From contig JBFMGK010000052.1 of NCBI GenBank assembly GCA_040752575.1, forward strand, positions 1,674-65,673: DNA of 64,000 nucleotides. The letters run 5' to 3'. The position numbers and the translations under genes were made by a program. Shown piece after piece: positions 29,110 through 37,186 of the stretch (positions are counted from its first letter, which is position 1; every line of letters starts with the position of its first letter). The notes below the pieces were generated by a model. The model was not told where the DNA came from. It ran no database searches and saw only the letters and a list, made by a program, of their open reading frames with translations. The stretch is from Candidatus Bipolaricaulota bacterium (GTDB lineage Bacteria; Bipolaricaulota; Bipolaricaulia; UBA7950; UBA9294).

Positions 29110-29685
29110 ATGAGCGTCGAGCAACCCAGGTATGCGGTCCTCAGGTCTTCCGCCAAGCGGGAGGTTCGCCGCTACGAAGCGAGGACGGTCGCGGAGACAG
29201 CGGTTGAGGGGTCCCAGGAGAAGGCACTGAGCGAGGCATTCTCGATCCTCGCGGGCTACATCTTCGGTGGCAACGTGCCTGCGGCCAGGATCGCGATGAC
29301 GGCCCCCGTGACGCAGTCGCGAGAGGCGCAGCGAATCGCCATGACGGCGCCGGTTCTTCAGCACAAGATGAGTTCAGGCGAGGCACCCAAATGGGTCGTG
29401 CAGTTTACGATGCCGTCCAGGTACGCACTCGGTGACCTGCCCCAGCCGACCGACAAGCGGGTAAGAATCCGGGAAGTCCCGGCCACGACGATGGCCGCGA
29501 TCCGCTTCTCGGGTCTTGCACGAGCCGAGACGCTTGCAGCGAAGGAGAGGGAGTTGCGGGAGTTCATGGCCGACCAGGGACTCAACACCCTTGGCGCGGC
29601 GGTCTACGCGTTCTACAACGCACCGTTCACCCTACCTCCCCTTCGCCGCAACGAAGTTCTGATCGAAGTTGCTCCGACGGAGTGA
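29110..29685 (+). CDS. SOUL heme-binding protein family
   Basis: 191 aa from the ATG at 29110 (GGGAGG upstream). YxxLxxxxxYExR pattern typical of SOUL/HBP. Confidence 0.75.
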   Translation: MSVEQPRYAVLRSSAKREVRRYEARTVAETAVEGSQEKALSEAFSILAGYIFGGNVPAARIAMTAPVTQSREAQRIAMTAPVLQHKMSSGEAPKWVVQFTMPSRYALGDLPQPTDKRVRIREVPATTMAAIRFSGLARAETLAAKERELREFMADQGLNTLGAAVYAFYNAPFTLPPLRRNEVLIEVAPTE

Positions 29686-29702
29686 TCGGTTGCTTCGCTT
29701 AC

Positions 29703-30158
29703 GTTGGGAGAGGAGGATGGCTACAGGAGCGGCTGCCGGTTCTCCTGTAGCTGCCGAGTTTGCTTGCGCAAACTCGTGGCACCAGTCCTCGATCTCGGAT
29801 CTCCCGTGGCTCGTGAGTCTGCTGTGCAGACTCCATCCTTGATTTGGGGGTTCTCACCACCTGCTCCCAATGCAGAGCCCCAGGAGCGAAATGGCGCCTG
29901 GGGCTTCTCGCTGGAGAGGAGGATGGCGACTGGAGCGGCTGTTCGATGCTCCAGTCGCTGGGGAGTTCGCTAGCGCGAACTCTATCCTTGAGTGGGAGTT
30001 GTCACCGACGTTGGGAGAGGAGGATGGCCGCTGGAGCCATTCCGCGATTCTCCAGCGGCTTGGGAGTTCGCTTCGCGAACTCCATCCTTGGCTTGGCGTT
30101 TCTCACCCCGCACTCCCAACCACAAGCCCCCAGCGACGAAAACGCGCCTGGGGGCTTG
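29703..30158 (-). repeat. Three tandem structured repeat units (about 208, 99 and 149 nt), each beginning on the plus strand with a copy of the tRNA-Gln 3' end (GTTGGGAGAGGAGGATGG) and containing two or three conserved hairpins with compensatory substitutions
   Basis: Units start at about 29703, 29911 and 30010. Hairpin 1 is GCTACAGGAG/CTCCTGTAGC, GCGACTGGAGC/GCTCCAGTCGC or GCCGCTGGAG/CTCCAGCGGC. Hairpin 2 is GAGTTTGC-ttg-CGCAAACTC, GAGTTCGC-tag-CGCGAACTC or GAGTTCGC-ttc-GCGAACTC. A closing CCATCC pairs with GGATGG, and CTCCCAA(C) pairs with (G)TTGGGAG. Strand was assigned by analogy with the tRNA. Confidence 0.8.
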
Positions 30159-30232
30159 TGGTTGGGAGAGGAGGATTCGAACCCCCATTAACAGGGCCAG
30201 AGCCTGCTGTCCTGCCATTGAACGATCTCCCA
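30159..30232 (-). tRNA. tRNA-Gln (anticodon CTG), 74 nt with encoded CCA and a U1:A72 pair
   Basis: The minus strand reads TGGGAGATCGTTCAATGGCAGGACAGCAGGCTCTGGCCCTGTTAATGGGGGTTCGAATCCTCCTCTCCCAACCA. The cloverleaf folds with a 7-bp acceptor stem, the anticodon loop CUCUGGC and the T-loop TTCGAAT. Confidence 0.85.
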
Positions 30233-30313
30233 GATGAGCGGCATGGTACGCGAGCACACGCACGTCGTCAAGACCGGCTGGGCCTTTCCGCAAGAGGGAG
30301 GTACAATGGCCGC

Positions 30314-31147
30314 ATGAGTCGCGGGGTCCGTCCGCCGGTCGTTGCTGGAGCGTTCTATCCGGAAGACCCGACACGGCTTCGCGAGATGGTCCAGCGCCTT
30401 CTCGGCACGGCGCCCGCCGCGGCGAATCCGTCTCCACATCTGGGGTTGGTCGTTCCCCATGCCGGCTATCCCTACTCGGGTGCGATTGCCGGGAAGGGCT
30501 TTCGCTTCGCCGCCGAGCGCGGCACGCCCGACGTCATCGTCTTCCTTGGCGCGAATCACACGGGGCGCGGGCCGGCGGTCTCGCTCTCCGACGACGCGGC
30601 GTGGGCCACGCCGCTGGGAACCGTGCCGGTCGACGATGAAGCCCTGGCGCACTTGGAGTCGCTCGGCCTACGCCGGGCGCCCGAGGCGTTCGCGGGCGAG
30701 CACGCGATCGAGGTCGAGCTGCCGTTCGTCCAGGTTCTGTTCGGCGACCGTGTTCCGATCCTCCCCGTGTCGGTGCAATGGGCGCCGCTGCTCACGCTCC
30801 GCGCCGCGGCTACGGCTATCGCGTCTGCCTTTCGAACGCGCCCGGCCTGGTTCGTGGTGAGTTCGGACTTCACGCATTACGAGCCCGACGATCGCGCACG
30901 GGCGCGAGACGCGCGGGCCCTGGACAGGATTCTGGCCGGCGACGAGGAAGGGCTGCACGCGCTCGTCGCGCGCGAGCGGCTGTCGATCTGTGGCGCCGGC
31001 GCGCTCGTCGTGCTGTTGTCGATGTCACGTCATCTGGACCTTTCCAGGATCGAGAGGATCGCCTACGCGACGTCGGGCGACGCAACGGGGGATCGAGAGG
31101 CCGTAGTGGGCTACGCTGCGGTCGGACTTACCGAGGAGGTTTCATGA
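30314..31147 (+). CDS. MEMO1 family protein (AmmeMemoRadiSam system protein B homolog)
   Basis: ATG at 30314. HAGYxYSG and FxxxxDxTH-type motifs. 277 aa. The N-terminal ORF extension spanning the repeat region was rejected. Confidence 0.85.
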   Translation: MSRGVRPPVVAGAFYPEDPTRLREMVQRLLGTAPAAANPSPHLGLVVPHAGYPYSGAIAGKGFRFAAERGTPDVIVFLGANHTGRGPAVSLSDDAAWATPLGTVPVDDEALAHLESLGLRRAPEAFAGEHAIEVELPFVQVLFGDRVPILPVSVQWAPLLTLRAAATAIASAFRTRPAWFVVSSDFTHYEPDDRARARDARALDRILAGDEEGLHALVARERLSICGAGALVVLLSMSRHLDLSRIERIAYATSGDATGDREAVVGYAAVGLTEEVS

Positions 31148-32010
31148 TCACGAGCATGACCGGCTTCGGGCAGGGCAGCGCGACGCGGGGCGGCTGGCGA
31201 GCCGAGGCCACGCTGCGCGTCGTGAACCACCGCTTCCTTTCGATTCGCATTCGCTCGCTGGCCGACCACCCCTGGCTTCTCGCTCAAGTCGAAGACAAGC
31301 TGCGCGCCGCGTTCCAGCGCGGCGAGGTCGGGGTGTGGCTGTCCGTAGAGCCGGATCGCGAAGCCGACGGGGCGCCGGCCTTTGACCGCGAGGTCGCCGG
31401 GCGCGTTCTCGCAGCGCTGGAGGCCGCGTGCCGGGAGTTCTCACTGCCAGATCGTCCGACGCTCGCGGATCTGATCCGGGCGGGCGGCCTGCAGACCCCT
31501 CAAGAGAAGGACGAAGCCCTTTGGCCGGCGATTGGGGATGCACTGGATGTTGCCGCGGAAGCCGTGCGAGCGAGCCGCGCGAAGGAAGGCGCGGCGCTGG
31601 CCGCGGAGACCGAACGGCTGCTCAGGGTCCTCGAGCGCGGAGCGGCGACCGTCGTCGAGCGCCTGCCGGAAATCATGGACGGGGTTCGCGCGCGACTCCA
31701 GGCTCGGGTCGAGGAACTGGGAGCTCGCGTCGACGCGGATCGCATCGAAACGGAGATCGTTCTCCTTGCGGACAGGTTCGACGTCCAGGAGGAACTGGTT
31801 CGCCTGACCAGCCATCTCGCGCGCGTTCGCGAGTTGCTCGCCAAGTGCGACGGGCCCGCGGGCAAGGAACTCGACTTCCTGGGCCAGGAACTGCTGCGCG
31901 AGGTCAACACCCTAGGTTCGAAGGCGCGCGACGGCGAGATCGTCCGCACGGTGGTCGAGATGAAGGTCGCCATCGAGCAGTTGCGGGAGCAGATTCAGAA
32001 TGTCGAGTGA
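31144..32010 (+). CDS. yicC: YicC family stress-induced protein
   Basis: MITSMTGFG N-terminus. C-terminal LDFLGQELLREVNTLGSKA motif (DUF1732). ATGA overlap with the previous gene. Confidence 0.85.
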   Translation: MITSMTGFGQGSATRGGWRAEATLRVVNHRFLSIRIRSLADHPWLLAQVEDKLRAAFQRGEVGVWLSVEPDREADGAPAFDREVAGRVLAALEAACREFSLPDRPTLADLIRAGGLQTPQEKDEALWPAIGDALDVAAEAVRASRAKEGAALAAETERLLRVLERGAATVVERLPEIMDGVRARLQARVEELGARVDADRIETEIVLLADRFDVQEELVRLTSHLARVRELLAKCDGPAGKELDFLGQELLREVNTLGSKARDGEIVRTVVEMKVAIEQLREQIQNVE

Positions 32011-32623
32011 GCGAATCGTCGAGCGACGCCGCGGCGCCGGCAGCGGGCTTGCGTTGGTGGTGTCCGGTCCCTCGGGAGCTGGCAAGAACACGGCGATCAA
32101 CGCGCTTCTCACGCGCGATCCGCGGCTCGCCTACTCGGTTTCCCACACGACGCGCCGACCGCGCCCGGGCGAGAGCGAGGGGGTCGACTACCACTTTGTC
32201 TCCGGAGACGCATTCGACGCGCTCGCGGACGCGGGCGAGTTTCTCGAGCACGTAACCTACCTGGGCGATCGTTACGGGACGTCAAGAGCCGAGATCGCGC
32301 GGCTTGCAGCTCTTGGGCGAGACATCGTCCTCAACATCGACGTGCAGGGCGCCCGTGCCCTTCGCGCTCGGACGGTCCCGGGAGTCGCCCTTGCCTTCGT
32401 GTTTTTCGCGCCGCCCAGCCTCGCGGATCTGGAAGCGCGACTGCGGGCGCGCGGCTCTGAGGGGGAAGCGGAGAGGGCGAACCGGCTGCGCGTCGCACGC
32501 GAAGAGCTCGACGCCATCAAGATCTTCGACTATCTGGTGGTCAACGACGAACTGGACCAGGTCGTTCGCGAGCTCGAAGCCATCGTCGCGGCGGAACGAC
32601 TGCGAGTCCGTACGAGCGGGTGA
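32000..32623 (+). CDS. gmk: Guanylate kinase
   Basis: P-loop GPSGAGK. YHFVS motif. Confidence 0.9.
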   Translation: MSSERIVERRRGAGSGLALVVSGPSGAGKNTAINALLTRDPRLAYSVSHTTRRPRPGESEGVDYHFVSGDAFDALADAGEFLEHVTYLGDRYGTSRAEIARLAALGRDIVLNIDVQGARALRARTVPGVALAFVFFAPPSLADLEARLRARGSEGEAERANRLRVAREELDAIKIFDYLVVNDELDQVVRELEAIVAAERLRVRTSG

Positions 32624-32815
32624 ACGTCGGAGACGGACTCCAACCTACGTCGGAGACAAGATCCGACCCAACGTCGGAGGCAAGCTCCGACGCTACAGGG
32701 GAAGGAAGCCACGCCCTAACGTCGGAGACAAGCTCCAACCGAACGTCGAAGACGGGCTCCAACCTACGTCGGAGGCAAGCTCCAATCGAACGTCGGAGAC
32801 GAGCTCCGACGCCAC
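32624..32815. repeat. Seven tandem copies of a 24-nt unit ACGTCGGAGACAAGCTCCGACGNN, each an 8-bp-stem hairpin (CGTCGGAG/CTCCGACG, degenerating to CTCCAACC in some copies), with two copies carrying about 23-nt insertions
   Basis: Units at 32624, 32648, 32672, 32719/20, 32744, 32768 and 32792. They begin directly after the gmk stop codon. Confidence 0.8.
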
Positions 32816-32852
32816 AGAGGGACGTGGAGGTCGCGCGACAAGGGCAAGAAAG

Positions 32853-32875
32853 AGGGCGCCGGCGTCGGCCGGCGC
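32853..32875. terminator. Perfect GC palindrome GGCGCCGGC-gtcg-GCCGGCGCC between convergent genes (possible bidirectional terminator, no U-tract)
   Basis: Read directly from the sequence. Located between the gmk-repeat region and the 3' end of the HU gene. Confidence 0.4.
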
Positions 32876-32906
32876 CCCCCGGTGCTTCAGAAGTTAGCGC
32901 TGCGAG

Positions 32907-33218
32907 CTACTTGCGGGTCACACCCTTCGGCGCCGTCTTCAGGGACTTCTCGATGCGGCGCTTCAGTTCCTTCCCTGGCTTGAACAGGGGGACGACCTTG
33001 GCCTCGACCTGGATCGGCCGCTTGGTCTGGGGGTTGATTCGGCTCGACGCCTTGCGAGCGCGGACGGCAAACTTCCCGAACCCGACGAGCTTGACCTCGT
33101 CTCCCGTCAGGAGCGTATCCGACACCAGGTCGAGCACGTCATCCAGGAGCCGACGCGCCTCCTTCTTCGTCAGGTTCGATTTCTCCGCCAGCCTATCGAT
33201 GAATTCGCCCTTGTTCAT
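32907..33218 (-). CDS. HU/IHF family nucleoid-associated DNA-binding protein
   Basis: 103 aa. MNKGEFIDRLAEKSNLTKKEARRLLDDVLDLV ... GFGKFAVRARKASSRINPQTKRPIQVEAKVVPLFKPGKELK. Short lysine-rich C-terminal tail. Confidence 0.85.
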   Translation of the reverse strand: MNKGEFIDRLAEKSNLTKKEARRLLDDVLDLVSDTLLTGDEVKLVGFGKFAVRARKASSRINPQTKRPIQVEAKVVPLFKPGKELKRRIEKSLKTAPKGVTRK

Positions 33219-33242
33219 GAGGTACAGGCCTCCTTGCCTCGG

Positions 33243-35024
33243 CTACGCCTCGTCGTCGAACCCGTCTTTGCCCAGAAGGTCCCGCATGCTGAGCGACTCG
33301 TGCCCCGCATCGTCAAGGAACCTGCGATCCACGCGGTCGCGCGGCTTCGCCTGACGTTCCTTCCCTCCCGCCGTGGGTCGACGCCGTTTCCCTCCTCGCC
33401 CGGCGCGATCGCGCTCGGTGTCCTCCGACGGCTCCACGGGAACGTCGGGCGGACCAAAGAGGTTGCGCATGCTCAGGCGAACCTGGTGTTTCTCCTCGTT
33501 GATGCCGATGATCTTGGCCTGCACCTTCGATCCGACGGCCAGCACATCCGCCGGAGTGGCGATTCTCTCGTTCGAGATCTCGGACACGTGGATCAGGCCG
33601 TCGACGTCCTCGGTGATCCTCATGAACGCGCCGAAGTCCTTGAGCTCGGTGATCTCGCCCTCGATGACGTCGTCGATCGAGTACTTGTCGACGAACCGCC
33701 GCCAGGGGTTGTCCTTCAGCTCGCGGATGGAGAGTGAGATGCGTCGCTCTCGCGGGTCAGCGCTCAAGACCTTGACCTGGACCTCGTCGCTCTCTTTCAG
33801 GACGTCGCGCGGATGGTTGACGTGTCCCCAGTCGATCTCCGAGACGTGCACAAGCCCCTCGACGCCCTCCTCGAGTTTGACGAAGGCGCCGAAGTCCGTG
33901 ATCTTCGTGACCATGCCGGTGGCAACCTGTCCTCGGGCGTACTTGGTCTCGACGCTCTCCCACGGATCGCGTTGCGTGCGGCGCAGCGACAGGCTGATGC
34001 GGCGTGCCTCTTCGTCGCAGCTCAGGATGACGACCGGTACGCGGTCGCCCTCCTTGACGACGTCCTTGGGGTTCTCCGGGTGACCCCACGAGAGCTCCGA
34101 GATATGGACGAGGCCCTCGACGTCCGGCTCCAGCTCGACGAAGGCGCCGAAGTCGGTGACGCTGACGACCGTCCCCTCAACCTGTGCGCCCGCGGCATAG
34201 CGGTCGCGGATCCCGGTCCACGGATTCGGCCGCAGCCGCTTGATCGACAGCGACACCTTGCCCTTCTCGCGGTCAAAGTCGATGACCTTCACCTTGACCT
34301 TCGAGCCGACGCGATACTCTGACGGGGGAACGGGAAGGTCTTTCCACGCAATCTCCGACCGGTGAACGAGCCCCTCGAATCCGCCGATGTCGACGAACAG
34401 GCCGAAGTCGACGATGCTCCGGACCGTGCCTTCGATCTCCTGGTCCGGCTGCAGGGCGTCGAACAACGCCTTACGGCGCATTCGCTCGCGCTCTTTGACG
34501 AACTCCTTGTGCGACACCACGAGGTTCTTGTCGCGTCGGGAAAGTTCGAGGATCTTGAACTCGATCCGCTTCCCGCGCAGCTCGTCGATGGCACTCGGCA
34601 GGTCGCTGCCGAGGTGCGAGCCGGGGAGGAAGGCTCGGATTCCATCCAGGTTGACGTGGTATCCGGCGCCCTTCACCTCGCTCGTGATCTCGCCTTCGAC
34701 GATGTGGCCTTCTTGATAGGCCGCCTCGAGTCCGTCGATGCGCTTCTCGTACTCGGCCTGCTTCTCCGATGCGTAGACAGTGCCCTTCTCTTCGTCGATG
34801 TACGTAACGAGCACCTCAATCTGCTCGCCCTCATCGATCTTCCCGCCTGGGCGGAACGGCGACAGCTCGGACACCGGGAGGATTCCCTCCGACTTGTAGC
34901 CGATGTCGACGAGGATTTCGCTGTCACCGACCTGGACGACCGTTCCGGAGATCGTGTCGCCGCGGCTGTAGGTCTTGACGTCGCTTTCCGAGAAAGCGTC
35001 CTCCATCTTGATTCGCTGTTCCAT
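33243..35024 (-). CDS. rpsA: 30S ribosomal protein S1
   Basis: Repeated S1 domains. Acidic/basic C-terminal extension. Start at 35024 or the internal ATG at 35006. Confidence 0.9.
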   Translation of the reverse strand: MEQRIKMEDAFSESDVKTYSRGDTISGTVVQVGDSEILVDIGYKSEGILPVSELSPFRPGGKIDEGEQIEVLVTYIDEEKGTVYASEKQAEYEKRIDGLEAAYQEGHIVEGEITSEVKGAGYHVNLDGIRAFLPGSHLGSDLPSAIDELRGKRIEFKILELSRRDKNLVVSHKEFVKERERMRRKALFDALQPDQEIEGTVRSIVDFGLFVDIGGFEGLVHRSEIAWKDLPVPPSEYRVGSKVKVKVIDFDREKGKVSLSIKRLRPNPWTGIRDRYAAGAQVEGTVVSVTDFGAFVELEPDVEGLVHISELSWGHPENPKDVVKEGDRVPVVILSCDEEARRISLSLRRTQRDPWESVETKYARGQVATGMVTKITDFGAFVKLEEGVEGLVHVSEIDWGHVNHPRDVLKESDEVQVKVLSADPRERRISLSIRELKDNPWRRFVDKYSIDDVIEGEITELKDFGAFMRITEDVDGLIHVSEISNERIATPADVLAVGSKVQAKIIGINEEKHQVRLSMRNLFGPPDVPVEPSEDTERDRAGRGGKRRRPTAGGKERQAKPRDRVDRRFLDDAGHESLSMRDLLGKDGFDDEA

Positions 35025-35109
35025 GCTCCTCTGCCAGATCCGGACGTTAGTGTTCCCGGGCGAGCTTGCGCTTCCCGGCCCGTCTCCGACGCCACCTCCT
35101 CAAGTGCGG

Positions 35110-35742
35110 TTACGCCCGATCGACCCTCTCCATGAGGCGTTCACTCATCTCGCGATACCTCTCCGACCGGCGTGCCGTATCGCCATCCTGCGTGTCCAAC
35201 TCCTCGACACGCACCGGAGATCCGATGGAGACTCGCGTCCGCGGAAAGCGGAACGGGTACTTCGGCGGATACGGACCTTCGGCGTGGATGTTGACCGGGA
35301 GGATCCTCTTGTCGGCCGACGTCGCCAAGTATCGCGCGCCGGCCTTCGCGTCGCCGCGTCGCCGCGTCGTCCCCTCGGGAAACACGCAGACCAACCGATG
35401 ATCGCGCGCTGCAGCGATCATTTTGCGATAGTCCCCCACGCCGAAATCCTCGCGGTCGATCACCGTCGAGTAGGTACGGATCAGGGGCTGCAGGAACGGC
35501 AAACCGCGCAACAGCCCCTTTCGTGCCACGAAGTGGAGCTGATGCCGCGGGCCGAACGCCGCGATCATCATGAGGATATCCCAGTAACTCCGATGACGCG
35601 CCACGACGATGAAACCTTGATCGTGAGGCACAGACGCCCTTCCCTCGATTCGAAGGCGGAACAGCACCTTCAGGAGGAGAAAGGACAACAGCGAAGAAAC
35701 GGTATAGAACCCCGTCTTCAGCTCGCTTCGTAGCCGTGACAA
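35110..35742 (-). CDS. plsC: 1-acyl-sn-glycerol-3-phosphate acyltransferase
   Basis: HRSYWD (HxxxxD) and FPEGTTRRRG (FPEGTR) acyltransferase motifs. Start is probably the TTG at 35742, overlapping the cmk 3' end. Confidence 0.75.
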   Translation of the reverse strand: MSRLRSELKTGFYTVSSLLSFLLLKVLFRLRIEGRASVPHDQGFIVVARHRSYWDILMMIAAFGPRHQLHFVARKGLLRGLPFLQPLIRTYSTVIDREDFGVGDYRKMIAAARDHRLVCVFPEGTTRRRGDAKAGARYLATSADKRILPVNIHAEGPYPPKYPFRFPRTRVSIGSPVRVEELDTQDGDTARRSERYREMSERLMERVDRA

Positions 35743-36353
35743 CGCTCTTCCAGACGCTCCTTGACGAGGTCTACCGCCTCGCGAATGACCGCTTCGAGGG
35801 TCTTTCGATCGGTGTGGATTGTAATCGCGTCCCAAGCTGCGTTCAAGGGTGCGATGGCACGCGTGGAGTCCCGCTCATCGCGGACTCGGAGCTCGACCAA
35901 CGTCTCCTCGATGTCGTCCTCGCCGCGTTCGGCCGCGCGGCGCTCGGCGCGCGTCTCGGGGCTCGCCTGGAGAAAGAGCTTCACCTCGGCATCCGGCAGG
36001 ACGACCGTCCCAATGTCGCGTCCTTCCATGACGACGCCTTCGGACCGTGCGAGGGCGCGCTGTGCGGCAACCATCCTTTCCCTCACATCTGCTCGCGTCG
36101 CGACTTGGGAAGACGCCTGATCCAAGGTCGGCGTGTGCAACGCATCGGTTACGTCCTCGCCGTTGAGCAGGATGCGTTCGTCCACGGTGACCGTCACGTC
36201 GATCTCGCCGAGGCCTTTCCCGCGCGCGAGTCCAAGGGCGACGGCTCGGTACATGCGCCCCGTCTCCACAAACCGAAGCCCGAAGCGTCGCGCCAGCGCT
36301 CGTCCGACGGACGTCTTGCCCGACGCGGCGGGCCCATCAATGGCGATTCTCAT
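35718..36353 (-). CDS. cmk: Cytidylate kinase
   Basis: MRIAIDGPAASGKTS P-loop at the ATG 36353. The 40-aa N-terminal ORF extension was rejected. ATGA overlap with ispE. Confidence 0.9.
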   Translation of the reverse strand: MRIAIDGPAASGKTSVGRALARRFGLRFVETGRMYRAVALGLARGKGLGEIDVTVTVDERILLNGEDVTDALHTPTLDQASSQVATRADVRERMVAAQRALARSEGVVMEGRDIGTVVLPDAEVKLFLQASPETRAERRAAERGEDDIEETLVELRVRDERDSTRAIAPLNAAWDAITIHTDRKTLEAVIREAVDLVKERLEERCHGYEAS

Positions 36354-37186
36354 CCCCCGTCTCCCCTCTCCCAACGCCCGCCCTCCGGGGTCGATTCCGC
36401 GATCCAGACCGCGGCAAACGGTGCTCGACGCAAGCGTTCTGCGGCCTTCTCGGCCCCGGCGCGAGAAGAGCACGCGGCGTAGAAGGCCGAACCGCTTCCG
36501 CTCATCCCGGCGTAGAGCTCGCCGGCCTCTTGCACGGCGGCCGCGACGCGCCTCAGCCCCGGGGCAACGTGCAGGGCGGCAGCCAAGAGGTCATTCTCCC
36601 CGAGAGCGAGTTCGCGTTCCTCTACCCCCGTCTGGATCCGATCGTACGCCGCATAGACCGCCGCCGTCTCGCAGCGCTCGTACGGCACGACGACGACGAA
36701 GGTCTCGCACCCGGAGGCGATCCGATCGAGTCGCTCTCCCCGTCCGCGAACCCGCAGCCGGCCCCCGGAGAGGAACAACGGGACATCGGACCCCAACTGC
36801 TCCGCGATCGCCGCGAGACGACGGGGACCGAGCGACGGCGGGATGCCGGCGTCGAGCACGCGCAGAACGATGGCGGCATTGGAGGAGCCGCCGCCAAGCC
36901 CCGTGCCGGGCGGTATCGTCTTGGCGATCCGAATCCCGATCCCGCGCTTCGCTCCCTTGGCCGCGAGGACCGAGATCGCGGCGCGCTCCGCAAGATCGGG
37001 CTCCGTGAAGGGCCCGGCGCTGTTTTGCACGGCGAGCTGATGTCCCGGGCCGAGTGTCAGCGTGATACGGTCTGCGACGTCGATCGTCTGCACGATCGAT
37101 TCGAGCTCGTGGAAGCCGTCGCTGCGGCGCCCGCGCACGCGAAGCGCAAGGTTCAGTTTGGCAAAGGCCAAGGCCTCGACTCTCAT
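36350..37186 (-). CDS. ispE: 4-diphosphocytidyl-2-C-methyl-D-erythritol kinase
   Basis: GHMP kinase motifs (PPGTGLGGGSSNAA). KLNLALRV N-terminus typical of IspE. Confidence 0.85.
   Translation of the reverse strand: MRVEALAFAKLNLALRVRGRRSDGFHELESIVQTIDVADRITLTLGPGHQLAVQNSAGPFTEPDLAERAAISVLAAKGAKRGIGIRIAKTIPPGTGLGGGSSNAAIVLRVLDAGIPPSLGPRRLAAIAEQLGSDVPLFLSGGRLRVRGRGERLDRIASGCETFVVVVPYERCETAAVYAAYDRIQTGVEERELALGENDLLAAALHVAPGLRRVAAAVQEAGELYAGMSGSGSAFYAACSSRAGAEKAAERLRRAPFAAVWIAESTPEGGRWERGDGG

Noticed and set aside
29703-30232. CRISPR array or small peptide genes (MATGAA...) in the tandem repeats next to tRNA-Gln
   Set aside because: Repeats are contiguous, 100-200 nt, with no unique spacers, so not CRISPR. 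The ATGs sit 0-1 nt after the GGAGGA, which is too close for a functional Shine-Dalgarno. The peptide sequences are not conserved between units whereas the RNA hairpins are.
32624-32815. CRISPR array or repetitive peptide ORF (PTSETRSDPTSEASSD...) across the 24-nt repeats
   Set aside because: No spacers between repeats. The two overlapping ORFs are low-complexity translations of the repeat in different frames with no start context.
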